Shown in pieces: positions 33,101 through 45,960 of a stretch of 64,000 nt of DNA. Position 1 is the stretch's first letter. Every line of letters begins with the position of its first letter. Position numbers and translations under genes: made by a program. Origin of the DNA: Styela clava (Eukaryota); the NCBI RefSeq assembly GCF_964204865.1, contig NC_135258.1, forward strand, positions 16,960,916 to 17,024,915. Direction: 5' to 3'. Below the pieces are notes generated by a model that had not been told where the DNA came from, made no database searches, and saw nothing but the letters and a program-made list of their open reading frames with translations.

Positions 33101-36100
33101 TGGATTCCCTCGGACGATAATAAGCACACGATGTTGAATGTCGAATTGTTGTATATTATTGAAAAGATGCACGATCCAAATACAGATAAAATTGTACACA
33201 CTTAATTCTTAATGCAGTAAGATTACGGTCAGCTCACAAGTCGAACAAAAAGCACTATTTTTCAGAGTCATCTCGGCAAACCGGAAACGATACGTCATCA
33301 AATTGGTAGAAACGAGAAAGGCAACACATGGATTTTGTGAAATATCACATGCTAATATGAAAGGGTTAAATACATTATAATCCATATTACACAATGCACA
33401 TTCGCTACACTGTCACATTTATTTTTCACACTCGAAAGATAACATATTTTTCGTTGTTCAAGTCAACCAGTCCGTTCCTATCTTTTAAGATCGACATACG
33501 TTTGATCGAGTGTCTGTGGCATTTTAGTCGACGATAAATTTTAAAAACTTACCGAGTTTAAGTAGGGCCAAGTCTGGGTAGATATATGACGAATATCTTT
33601 AGATGTTATCACCTATTAACTAAGTACGAAATCATGACTACGGTAACTTTGTTTCACTAGTCTCGCACACATAAAATAAAAACGCGGACCCATAGTCGAT
33701 TTGGATTGATAGTGGTTAAATTTAATATTTTACACTACCTGCATAGGTTGCAGTGACTACACGCTGGTCCTGCATCTAATTAATTCTCAGCGGATGTGCT
33801 TAATACTCTCGGCACATTAATGATTTAATATATATTTTTGTATTCAACCGTTTACAATTAATGTGTATAGAGCGAGTCTTAATACAGCATTTAGGGATCA
33901 CATACATTTTGAACAATTTGAGGGAAAAAATATTGTAATATTCTTAAATTAAGTTGTCCTGGGAAATGCCTGTTTTTACAATTTAACATCTAAATCCAGA
34001 AATTCCCAACATTTAAATAAGTATAAAAATAAAATAGTAAATTATTCTATATTGCCCATTCTTAACGATAGCACACCGCCAGAACAGTGGAGATGCCGCG
34101 GCCCGATTTGATTCTCGATGAATTCGGGCAATCGCTGCTGCAAGATAGCGGAGTTAAGAGGCATTTGTGGTTGGTTCCCTTGGCAGTTACGCCGTTGGAA
34201 GCCAGACTGCTCTTCGTTCTATGGATGTGCCCATGGGTGCCGCTGCGGCAGTTACTCCCAACTGCGTCAGGATCGTTTTGTCAGCATGTTCTTGTTGGTA
34301 TTTTTCTTCTTCGCATCTTATGAAAAAATCCCTTTTCTCTTCAATTATTTGACCAACTGCTTTGAAATTTTTAGTGGTTGAAGATTGAATTGATTTTAAA
34401 AATTCCTGTGGGCTCTTGGTAGAGTTGCTTTTTTATGAGCCATGACGTTATCAAAAATTGCGCACCTTGTGGCGGTTCTGGGTAGTCTGGGAAAATTGTG
34501 GTACCGGTGGTGTATTGTGACAGATTGCATAACCGAACTACTTCGTTACCAAATATTTGAGCATTGCTCTCTTGTCGATTGTCTTATCTATATGAAAAAA
34601 ATAAGCCTTTCACATTTACTAGACTGACTTTGAAATTTTTAGTCATTAAAGTTTGTATTTTCAGCTAGAAGACTATAGCTTTTATTTGTTTCAAACATCT
34701 CCATTTGGTGCGTTTTTAACAGCGAAACTTTGTTCAAAATTAATAAAATTATTTGTAGCGGTTATGCAACCTCTCGCGCGCTATGCGAAAGTCTTCTTCT
34801 ACATCAGACTAGCTATCGATTTCCTTGCTCATTTCCGCAACAAAGACCACTTTCAATTGTGTTTTCCGAAAATATTTATAAATCAAAAACTCAATCGACA
34901 TTAGGTTTTCTGAAGAGCTTTAGTTTAGTTGCAATAACCTAAAATTAGTCAACCGGTCTGTAAGGGCCAACTCTCCGAACACACAAAAAGTTATCAAAAT
35001 TTTGCAAAAGTATGGTAAAGGAAAAATTCTTTTGGGGTCAAGGGACACGAAGTTGATCGTCAGCATCACTCTTTTGTTTAATTTAAAAAAAAGCATGGCC
35101 AGAAGTAAATGCATTTTTTTTTTCAACTTTATTCTGATAAACAGAAAAATAGGACCAACAAAGAGCAGGCTTTTTGCCATGTACTCTATCCACTTTCAAT
35201 TTTCATGATGAAAATTCACCAGTCTCAAACACAGTTCACAACGGTCATCCTGGAGGATAATGCGCCCAGTTCACCTGGAACAGAAATAACAAATATTTCA
35301 AAATTTAAATAACTTTCGTAAATGAATATGCAGCATATTTTTTACTTACATATCAACAGCATTAGCTGCGCCTCGCTTATAATTCCGACATTCGTTTTTT
35401 AAATAATCTATGTCAGCTGGTTGAATCCATGTAATCCTACGGTACAACTGAAAAATATGGAACAAAATAAAAATGTGGAAACAAAAGGTACATTGCAAGT
35501 AGGATTCATAAATAAGGTTGTTACACTCTGGGTCATTGTAAATATTTAACTGAAGCTATACTGATACCAAGTGTCAGACGATATGATTAGGTAAGGCAGG
35601 CAACTCATTAAAGAGTATGGAGTGTTAATTTAACTCAGAATTTCAAAACGCCGATGACGAGAAATTCGCTTTGCGACCTTAGTTGCCGCATTAGCTTAGA
35701 AATACCAACATTACTTATTTGCGGTAAAAAGTGGGAAGCCTTTTAAACATCATTATGGGTGAGACTACTTTATAAGGGATACGAAGCCAATAACACGGAG
35801 AAATACCCAGAACCATACTAGTATATCTTTGTTGCATTATGTAAATTCCAAAGAGCTGGGACCAACAATATTCGCAAAAAGTTCACATATTCGCGAGCTG
35901 TATCCGCTATCGATACAAGATTCAACCGTGACGGATTTAGCACAGCGAGTAATGATTCAAACGATAAGTTTGATAATCAGATAAAATTACAATGAGTTGG
36001 CCCCAGCCCTGACAAAAATCGCAACCGCATAAGGGGACGATAAACTTTCACCTTTCGATGTCTTCATCATGTCTTGATCGCGTTATCGTCGATGATCGAA

Positions 36101-36689
36101 GTCTGTAAATGTTGCCGTGACGATGATCCCGTTTCATATTTATAGACGTCGTTCGATGCCCAGATTACATGTGAACCGTAGACCAGATAACAAAATGAGA
36201 CCGTGAGTATTTGAGAGAACCCTAATTTTTTTTAGCAAAACTCTGCCTTGGTTTAATTAGTAATTCCTAGGCACGATAGTACGAAATTGCCAATCACAGT
36301 TGAAAATTAACCACCGTCCACCAATGACAATTAATACAGTTGATATAACTTTAATGTGATGCAATTGAATTCTGTAGCTTTTATGGTAATAGTTCGCTAC
36401 CCATCGCGCCACTCCCTAAGTTGGAGAAACAGGGCCTATTTGGCCAAGTGAAAGTCAGGAAAAAGTCAAATGGTAGAAATTGCATCTGAGTCGTTGTTAC
36501 TGTTAGTATAACCATTATATTATGTCAGCTACGCAGTTATCTGACCAAGATGAAATTAGGATTTTCATCCTTATACAGATTTGTCCCATTTCCTTTTTAT
36601 TTTGGGTGTTGGTTGGGATTATATAATCAAGCAATCACTGCAAATGCATGGACTTGAATGGAAAAGACAAAACCTACAAGCAGTTACCC

Positions 36690-36800
36690 AAACCACCCTG
36701 CGACAACGAGAGGTTCAGCAATCCTTCTACATAATCATTCCCTCAAAATTCAACCCATATGAAGTACCCAACGCTAAAAGACTTGCTGTAGCGGATGTCT
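36690..36800 (-). mobile_element. SINE family A, diverged fragment
   Basis: CAAACCACCCTGCGACAACGAGAGGTTCAGCAATCCTTC…ACGCTAAAAGACTTGCTGTAGCGGATG parallels 10490-10660. Confidence 0.35.
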
Positions 36801-37133
36801 TCTATTTTATCATAGTTTCATGAGCGCAATTTCTGTCTTTGCGTTTTTTTTGTAGAGTGGACCATCCCTATTCATTATGCGTATTGAGTTAGTACTTAAA
36901 CAATTAACATTGCAACAGAGCTTCAGCTTGATTTTTTATTAAGAAAATCACGCAGTACAACTACCAACTAGTAAAAGCGAAAGATAATAAAAAGCTGGCG
37001 AAATAACTGGTTATATTTGTAGTTGCCCAATAACAACTATCATTTTTGTGACATGCAGTGCGGAACTTTCACATCAGTTTTTGCAGTATTACAGCTGATT
37101 TGCGGCCTCCAAATTATTCCCAAAGGTAAATGT

Positions 37134-38058
37134 CTAATAGTCTGCTCCGAGTCCCCCCCCATATAAGTAATCGTCAGGTCCACCGCCGACGGAGTCGGGA
37201 TCCCCATATCCATCGAGCATACCCGCTGAAGAGCGCAATTTTTCACGTGCACTTGCTGCTACAGCAGCCGCACGTCTCGCTAATAAAGCTCGCTGCAGTG
37301 TGGAACTGGGCGAACCAACAGACTGCGGAGCTTCTCTAGCTCTTGAAAGGGAGGCAGACGAGGGTGGAAGTGGGAGGCGAGCTTTAACCATTGCCCTTTC
37401 TCTTAACAAGCGCAGATATTCTGGCGGTGGAGGGGGAAGGTTGAAAGGATCAGGGCACGCTATCAACCTACGCTCATATTGGTCAAGCGCTTCAAGTCGG
37501 CGACGTCTATCAAGTAATTCCAGCAACTCCATTCTGCCTTTTGCAGGTGGTGGCAAACTAGCAGCGCCATCCCCAAAATCATCATACTCCCCATATCCAC
37601 CAGCATCAAGAAGTGAATCGCCATAACCGCCGCCAAACCCTCTATTTCGTCCCCCCATTCCACCATACCCATCACCACCAAATCCACGACCACGTCCACC
37701 ACCGAAACTCCCTCTACCCCCACCACGACCCATTCCACCACGAAACGGTCCAAAGTCCCCACCACCTTGATTTTTTGATCTCTGGACTTTCAGGGCCATT
37801 CCCCGAAATTCCCGACCGTTTATACCTCTGATTGCTGCATCAGCAGCCCCAGATTCGATGTGAACGAAAGCGATTTTTCTATCTTCCACGACATCACATT
37901 CGGCAACATAGCCGTACCGTTCGAATAGAACACGGAGATCGACCGACGACATTCCCTCAGCTAAGTTTGCTATGTGCAACTTGGTACATCCCGCTCTACG
38001 AACGGCTTTAGCCTCAGCACTATTGTCCGCGAAACCGCCTCGACGATCCCTGTCTCCC
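37134..38058 (-). CDS. RBM4/lark-like RNA-binding protein, exon 3 (RRM2, RGG/Gly-rich and Pro-rich C-terminus, stop)
   Basis: Acceptor on the minus strand cctttgtttgacag|GGGAGAC, phase-matched to exon 2. TKLHIANLAEGMSSVDLRVLFERYGYVAECDVVEDRKIAFVHIESGAADAAIRGINGREFRGMALKVQRSKNQ is RRM2 (RNP1 KIAFVHI), followed by GRGGGRGSFGGGRGRGFGG and PPPPPEYLRLL. Stop at 37134-37136. Overlapping track ORFs 37300-37626, 37463-37765 and 37613-37831 are alternate frames of this GC-rich region. Confidence 0.8.
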
Positions 38059-39212
38059 CTGTCAAACAAAGGTTTAGTTACGATTAGCGAATTTAGGCTT
38101 ACGAAAGTACGAATATTATTACTAGACTGACTGAAGTAGGGATGTTTAGTTTGATAATTACGAACCAAATTAACTTGAAAGAAATTATCAATGAAGTTGA
38201 GTTTGCTCAAAAAATATTATTATTCTTAAATTCTTAGAAGATGTAGCAGGCAAAAAGAAATATAGATCAGCGCAAGTAACACATTTCGATGTTGATTCCT
38301 ATTACGATAAGTTCAACACTTTTCCAAAAAGGCCAGGTGGCATTCAGCCGCAGCGTCAATAAGCATAGGTAATACTTCAGTCAGCTTTATATAAATTTAG
38401 AGTTGGACCGAGCACATGCGATTAATAATAAATATTGTTTCGGCTGGTTATCTTGTTCAAAGTTTCAGCTGACTCATGAGCTCTCTTCCAGTATCATATA
38501 AACATAATCTCGAAATAACAACGGTGCTATAAGGGCTATAAACGGTTTTTAAAATCTTAGACTGGGACACTTCTGACTGACAAAGCCGTATTAGGGGCTT
38601 ACATCCCTAATCAAAAGTACACGAATACTGTTAAATTCATATAACGATAGAATGGATAATCAGATCATTAGCGCACATATATTCCGTGTGAGACGTAATT
38701 ACGGTACTTTTAGACCGCACATTGAACAGAAACATTTTACCTATTAGGATACATAAAAATGTAAGCATGCCACAGTTTTTTTTGTACGAAGTGGTGGTAT
38801 GTAAAAATCTCATCTTCAGGCAAACGTATGAAATATTATTTTTTCTCGATGCAATTAGGCTCCATTTGAACCCATGTTGAATGTTCTCCTATAGTTTGTG
38901 ATTTTACTTTTGTTTCAATCATCCTCAAACTAGTGTTAACAGAAGGTTTGCAAAACATGACTATGCCACCAGCTTCTCAATAAAACAAGCAAAACTAGGA
39001 TGCATTTCTAACAAATCTTTTAAAGTATTAAACCTGATAATGTGAACATTCAATTTCATAAATAACTGGTTTGTTTCATATATCCAATGAAATAAAAATG
39101 ATTAAACTGACAAAATAACAAAATTTTAATCAAAATATAAATCCATAAGTCAAATTAGATAAAATTTCACCAAACCAGAATACAACACAAGGTTTTGAAT
39201 ATGTTACGGTAC

Positions 39213-39314
39213 CTTCCTCCTCCACCGCCTCCTCCTCTCCTTCCACCACCTCCAGAACTTTTGCTTTTTTCTACATTGAGTTCTTGTCCTCGAATCTTGC
39301 GTTTGTCCATATTC
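39213..39314 (-). CDS. RBM4/lark-like protein, exon 2
   Basis: Acceptor ttttttcag|GAATATGG. (K)NMDKRKIRGQELNVEKSKSSGGGGRRGGGGGGG, compare RBM4 …HGVNINVEASKNKSK. Donor AG|GTACCG, phase 2. Confidence 0.7.
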
Positions 39315-39483
39315 CTGAAAAAAATGGAAGCAAATCTGTGAATAGTGACATGAGCCACTGCAGAAATGGTCTAACTTAGCATTTTTCAAGTTCAGACATT
39401 TTTCTTGACTAGATTAGAAAAATATTTCGGTCTACAAAGATTCGTAAATACAGAAATAGAACATTTATAACAATGGAACTTAC

Positions 39484-39641
39484 TTTATAGCTTTTTCAGC
39501 TTCCGAGTCTGTGCCCATGTGAACAAATCCATAATTTCCCAGAACGCTGCATTCTGAGACGGATCCATACTGAGAAAAGTGATCTCTAAGTTCGTCGTCG
39601 GTGACACCATCCGCAATATTTCCAACAAAAAGTTTAACCAT
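39484..39641 (-). CDS. RBM4/lark-like protein, exon 1 (start codon, RRM1)
   Basis: ATG at 39639-39641. MVKLFVGNIADGVTDDELRDHFSQYGSVSECSVLGNYGFVHMGTDSEAEKAIK has RNP2 LFVGNI and RNP1 NYGFVHM; compare RBM4/lark MVKLFIGNL…KNYGFVHIE. Donor ATAAA|GTAAGT. The upstream in-frame MGFYTRHVPRLYK is probably 5'UTR. Confidence 0.8.
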
Positions 39642-39777
39642 CTTATACAATCTAGGGACGTGTCGCGTATAAAAACCCAACTAATACCGAGAGAGCAGCG
39701 GAAGGCCAACAAATCTAAGAACACGCAAAATAATTGAAATTCGTGGAACGAAAATCCAACCTTGCGAAAAAAGGCGC

Positions 39778-39787
39778 GTCACGTGAT
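39778..39787. promoter_or_regulatory. palindromic E-box GTCACGTGAT about 140 bp upstream of RBM4-like ATG, with TATA-like TTTTTATAC (minus strand, about 39668-39676) and CRE-like TAACGTCA (39826-39833)
   Basis: GGCGCGTCACGTGATGCG. Motif calls only. Confidence 0.25.
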
Positions 39788-40556
39788 GCGTAAATAGTCG
39801 AGGACTTGCTTACGGCCGATTCCGTAACGTCATCGATTCCATTGCAAACCAGACACCGACCACTTTATAATACATCTTCAAATGGTGTCGGTATCAAACA
39901 CTAAAACAGATAGACGTGGAAGTAAGTACATTAATTAACATCTTGTAATTATTTTCTTCTACCTCCCATCATATTTCTGCAAATTTATTTTGGCCTCTTA
40001 TCTTAAAAGGGATGATATTTATTACTATGTTGCAATGGACCTTTCCCCTAGCACCGACTTCCTTGTTTACTTTGTGACATTGGCCAATCAGCAAAATGCA
40101 AAAAGTGACGTAACAATGTTTCCTTTTCGCATCCGCTCAGACACTTTTCTCACTCAGACAGATTTTCAGGCGTGGTCGTAAACATTACCTCGTTTTCGCG
40201 TTTTTGAACTCTAGTCGTTAGCTTTCGGTTGTGTTTCGTAAATTTAAATGTAAATCAGGTAATTCAATGATCGCTCTGTCTTCTTAGGAGTTTTAATTTA
40301 ATTGCAGTAATGAAAAATTAGTGCAGTAATAGCTGTGATAGATTAGGCTAAAATTCTTTACCGGTACTTTTAAAAAACAGATTGTTGTGTGCGATGAATC
40401 ATAATGATGGTTTAAAACAAATACCTCATTTTACAGGCACCAACTCGCGAAACCACTCTTAAAATAAGTCTCAAAAATTTTGCAATGGTAAAGTATAGAA
40501 AGAATTTTTTGGGGGTAAAAGGTCGTGTAAAGGTCCGTTACATTCAATGTCTATTG

Positions 40557-42430
40557 CAGGGCTTCCCAAACTTTTGAGCTCGCGGCCCCTTTTAATATAT
40601 TAAAATTCTTCGCGGCCCTTGTCCACGTTAAATAATGCCAAAGAGTTCGAATTATGCATTTTTGATGTTTTATTGGCACAGCTAATTCTCAACTTTAACA
40701 TGTCTACTCAATAACAAAAACAAGCACATATTTATGCAGATTAACGTTTCTCAATTATTCAGTGTAATGGGTACGAATGCTTTTTGCTGCGTAGCAAGGC
40801 TCAATGTATGTTTATACAGGCCTAAATGATGAACTACGATGTCTGGCTACAGACGGCATGGTCCTTATCTCGAATTGTTCACTTAGCATAAGGCAGCATT
40901 TTGTACGACGCCAAATTATCAGGGAAAAAACTCATGGCGCACCTACACGAAAAATATACTGCCTCGAAACAAAACACAATTTTGTCATTGTTAATATGTA
41001 CTAAATGTCTTTTGAGGTTTTTAATCATGTATGACCGAGGAATAAAGGCAAAAATTCAACGTTTCTCCTTTTTTTTTTATCTCTGTTTAATTTTTCTTTA
41101 AAATGCTAAAGAAATCACTCAAGTTCGATGAACTCGGTTCAGCAAATGAATAAACTGCTAAACGAAACCCTATACGAAATTGCAGCATGTAGTGTTTATC
41201 TCTTATATATACGTAACGATAAACCCTATCTAAAGAAAGTAAACACATAGAACGCCAAAATGACTTTGATTCATAAACACGTCATTTGAAACAATAAAAC
41301 ATTTAGAATAAATATGATGTGTAATATGTTTCGAGGCGCACTCAGCGAATCGTTCTCGGAAAGCGCTAGCTTAACGATTAAATCCGTCATTGTTATGCAA
41401 ACCGCAAATCGGGTTTCACGATCAGAATATGCATTGTTATGCAAGCGCGATCATTCACCGTGTTTCCCCGAAGATAAGACCAAGCCTGAATTTTAAAATG
41501 GATTTCAATATAAGCGCTCTCCTTTAAAAAAGACTTAGTCGATAGCGCAACTTTTTTTTGGACTCAATCCCGTGGAGGTGCGTCGTTTCAATTTTGCTAG
41601 GACGTCGCAAAATTTCGTGATTCGTGAACCTTTCAAACAACCCATATCTTCTAGTTTCACTGGAAAAAAGAAAGATTAAATCGATCTTACCTGTGATGTT
41701 GCTATAACAAGAAAGTTTAATTCTGGAAATTCGGTTTTCTGTAGATAAAGATTATTTGTCATTGGTTCAAAAAACGTTGCGCACTCCCATCTTCTTTGCG
41801 ATTTCGTATTTATATAAAGCAGGGTTTTCTACCAAGGCCCATTAATTGCGATTTCACTGAATATCGTTAAGTTTTGTTTGTTCGTTTATATGAAACTCAT
41901 TGCGAAAAAGGTCTTTTATTAAACAGTATCAATACGTATTTTCACGGGTTGCAACTTGAGCATATTTTTGAACGGCGTCACAATACGATGAAGTTCGAGA
42001 AACACTGCGTCCCAGTCGATAGCAAGAAATATTTTCTACTTTTTCAAATGGTTAATAGTCTATATGTAGCAGTTATTTTAAATAAAAACGTGCTATTTAT
42101 AAGTAAACGAAAATCGGTATTCATATTTTGTATAATAAAAAGTCTCACTTTCTCTATCCCAAAATAAGCCCTAGTGTTATTTTCGAAAGAAAATTGAAGA
42201 CAGTGTCTTATTTTCGGGAAACACAGTATTATGATGATGTCATCATTCGGAATCGTGAAATCTTTGTTTTACACTATTTATATAATAATTGTATTTCGAA
42301 TCAAGAGTCAGAAAAAGTACAATATATATGGTACAATATATACTGTGTAAAATTGATGTTCTCTTCGCGGCCCCTAGAATTCGTTTCCCGGCCCCGTCCA
42401 GGGCCGCGGCCCCTAGTTTGTGAAGCCCTG
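40557..42430. mobile_element. TIR-bounded non-autonomous element (1.9 kb), GGTTCCCAAAC-type termini
   Basis: Left end CAGGGCTTCCCAAACTTTTGAGCTCGCGGCCCC, right end GGCCGCGGCCCCTAGTTTGTGAAGCCCTG (inverted). Interior holds only short ORFs and copies of the 11718-12293 family. Confidence 0.6.
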
Positions 42431-42649
42431 GTCTATTGAATATGATTCACTCACGGCCGGTTCGCTACGCATGAGTGATGCGTTTCTACGTCATCAGTTT
42501 GCTATATTTTGATTCTTTTTGAAGCTTACGGAAGAGGATTCCCATTCGAATTTATTTGCGTATTTGGAATGGTTTTGTTGGTTGAAATAAATGAAAATAT
42601 ATATTGAGGCATTAGGATAAAGTAGGGGGTCCTGGCATCTGCCACCTAG

Positions 42650-43240
42650 AGTGTTATTGGCTCGCAACGAAATCTCGGTCTCGTGTGATTACACTTGTGT
42701 TTTCTCCCAAAGAGCCCTCAATAGATTTTGCGGCAGACATCAAACACCGTAATCTCAGCTTGACTATTCAGAAAGCGAAGACGGCGTTATTGCACCATTT
42801 TTTATTGGTGCCGATTGCCACCTTACAGCCGATTTTCCAGTAGCAACAATCTTAATTTTTTGGAATAGTGAAACATTCTTTATTTTAGATTGAATGACTT
42901 TTCGAGTTCTCCCGGAAAAGTACCCGACGTTGGACGATAAAACATTATTTGCAATTAATTTAGATAAAATTTTACCTTTCACCACACCCAGTTTCCGAAA
43001 ATACGAAGTTATAACGCAAAACAATGCGTTTTGTCACATTTATTTTGCGCTGCCAATAAAATACATATATCTTGGATTTCGAGTTGCTGATAAAACCGTT
43101 CCTATCGTTGAGTGTCGGGCGGTTATTCAGTCGAAGATGATTTAAAATAGTTGGCACACGTAGTATGTATAACGATGATGACTGAAAATTAAAATTTGGT
43201 AACAGAAATTAATTTGTCTCAAGATGTATTATTTTATAAG
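42650..43240. repeat. dispersed repeat family D, copy 2
   Basis: See 32560-33100. …CCCAGTTTCCGAAAATACGAAGTTATAACGCAAAACAATGCGTTTTGTCACATTTATTTTGCGCTGCCAATAAAATACATATAT…. Confidence 0.5.
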
Positions 43241-44339
43241 TTTTGCTCGCAGAAGCAATCGATTTCTGTCAAAAGCACAAGACATTCAAACAATATATAA
43301 CGATATCATATCAGTCCGATAACCTACATCCCCATCAAACATCGGTTACAGCCAGATAGCTGAGGACTACACGCGCCACAATACCGCGTTGAGCGAATAC
43401 CATGACGCATCACTCATGCGTAACGAGAGAACTGTGTAACATAAATAAACAAAGACGAAAACAGCGTGAGCGAACTATATTAAGTTAACTATGGTTACTT
43501 TATTTAATCACCAGCAAATTAGTTTGGCCTTTTTTATGTTGTCGGTTTGAACATCGTGCTAAATAAGGTAAAGGTTTCAATGGGAGGGTGAATCTACGCC
43601 TATTTTCTGATTGCCAGCCTGAGTTGGGTATGGTAATAGTTAGCCAAATAATTGTTTCAGACTTGAATGACGGAGTGAAGTGAAGCATACCCGACCAGCA
43701 CGCGCGGCATTGAGCAGTACAAGTCAAAACACGTAAAACACCAAGGTGTTGATGGAATCAAATCTTCGCTCAATTTTCTGATAACTCGATGATTAAGCAA
43801 ATGTAAGGGTCATTTTTGGTTTTAGTGAAACCCATTACCTTCAATATTATAATTTACTGCAGTTGGTGTAATAAAGGCAGACAAAAAGTAGTCCATGAGA
43901 AGAAAAGGGTTGAGAAACTGCTTCACAGTGAAATTAAGTTCTGAGTGTTCTTCCGACGCCCATACGCACTTCTTGAAAAAGAGAATTAGCCATGCGATTG
44001 TTGGCTACTTTACATTCCATTTTCACATACCCACTTCCCTAGAAACAAAGAATGGAGAATTTATAGGGAATAACGTTGCACTTTACACTGCAGTACAACA
44101 GTTCCGAACCTCATCATGTTAATCAATCATATTCTCTAGTAATGTTTCAGTCAATATTACTCAGCCACATCTGATACTGTTGCTCAGTATGGCTACATGA
44201 GAACAACTCGTCTCGAAATTGCAAAGTAGGCTATTTGTAATACTTTTTTGAGAATTGGTTCTTGGGAAAAGAAGGCGTGAAAACGTAGACCATTACTTCA
44301 AATCGCTAAATATACTCAAATTAAGTTGAAGATATGATA

Positions 44340-45960
44340 AAATTTGAAGTATTATCATCAACTTTTGACTTTTAACATAATGCGCTACCAAACTTCTGTG
44401 ACGACATACTTGTCAAAAATACCTCCAACCGGAGAAGTGGGCAAAATTTATTATTCTGTTTTTCATTTTGTTTGTATATATTTTTTTACTGAGTATATCT
44501 TACATTTCTCTTTTTTTTCTCCCTCGAACTTTATTTCGTCTGCGTGATTGTACGTGTGCGTGCGTGTTTTGATTAACCTAATACTTTTGGGTGAGCGAAC
44601 ACTTACCAATTCTTTTGACAACACTTTTCAAACTGAAATCTGTACGTTTTAAACCTTACTTAAAGTTTTGTGCCCTCTGCTTATTCTGTAATCATTTTTT
44701 ATTTATTTTGATTTCATCAATTATTTTATCGTCTGTAATGCTGATTATCGAGGCAATATAAACTTAAACTTCATTGATAATAAAGATTGCATGCATGCAG
44801 AGACATTGAGAATACACGATTTGAACACGAATGCCATCTACTATCGGGGAAGGAGTACACATAAAAAAATTAGTGTACGGTATTTAGGCAAAGCCCATAC
44901 GGGAAATTATTGTTTACGGGTATGCAGCGAGTGACTAGCGCAGTTTGGATTGCCGCACACAGGTGAGAATGACACGGACCTCCAACTGCTATGTCGCGAG
45001 TTTTTAATTTCTCTGAGCACAGCCGTCGTATTAGTCTCATTTAGGACATATAATATCGCATATTTGATGCATGTATTGACCGAAACCCGTCGAATTTAAT
45101 GAAATAAAACACTATTGACACTCACACAATCGAAGACATTCCAAAACGAAATAGCAGATATTATACACGACGAACAAGTTTTATAAAAAAAAATTTAGTT
45201 ACAAATTTAAAATATACACCCGCCGGATGCGGCTTGCTGGTCGAGGTTCCCGGCCGACACCTCTTATAGATAAACAAAGATCCTTTACTCCACTTAAATA
45301 ATATAACGAACCAATTTGATCGGGTTTTTTAAATAATACAACAAATTATGGAGGAATTACCCTCATTTTCATAGAAAAATTACCCTAAGTGAACGCCGAT
45401 GCTCTTTTTTGGCATGTGGTGTAAAGACGTGAATTATTTCTGTATCTATGTACACAGCGCATTAAAATTGAAGAAACCTTTAATTGAGTTTAAAATATGG
45501 CCAAATGCATGCTTTGTATAAAAAACTTACGGTTATGGGGTGCTTATTTAAATCCTTATTGAAATCCCGAATTTTATTAAAATGAATCCCGAGATCGAGG
45601 CTGGAAAATTAGTCTAAATCCCCAGCCCCTCCGCAGAGGATTCTGTCTATCTACATTTACGAGTATTTGCGAGTGTGGATGGAAAATCTTGATTAAGGTT
45701 CAATACATACAGATTTTGGAATGATGGGTGTTGTCAAATGGTACGTGTTCGCTTACTCAAAAGTAATTAATGAATTAAAACACGCACACGCACGCATACA
45801 TGTATACAATCACGGAGGCATAATGAAATTAGAAGACAAAAAGAAAGATAAACATAAAATGTATTACTTAGCAAAAAAGAAAAATATACAAACAAATAAG
45901 AAAACAATTTCCATAGCATATTAATAATTTTGTAACGATTGCCAAATTGGATACCGAATT
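44340..45960. mobile_element. foldback-type element, long inverted termini (about 250 bp) separated by about 1.1 kb
   Basis: 44520-44610 (…CTGCGTGATTGTACGTGTGCGTGCGTGTTTTGATTAACC…GAGCGAACACTTACCAATTCTTTTGACAACAC) is the reverse complement of 45720-45815 (…GTGTTGTCAAATGGTACGTGTTCGCTTACTC…ACACGCACACGCACGCATACATGTATACAATCACGGAGGC). Similarity extends outward (AAAAATATATACAAACAAAATGAAAAACAG vs AAAAATATACAAACAAATAAGAAAACAATTT). Confidence 0.55.

Noticed and set aside
32395-34075. A single TIR transposon bounded by GGGCAATATAGAATAC-type ends at about 32480 and about 34035
   Set aside because: The shared motif extends differently in each copy and recurs at 57010 inside family D. The ends cannot be shown to belong to one element, so it is reported only as dispersed repeat family D.
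37300-37831. ORFs 37300-37626(+), 37463-37765(-) and 37613-37831(+)
   Set aside because: Alternate-frame artefacts of the GC-rich Gly/Arg codon region in RBM4-like exon 3.
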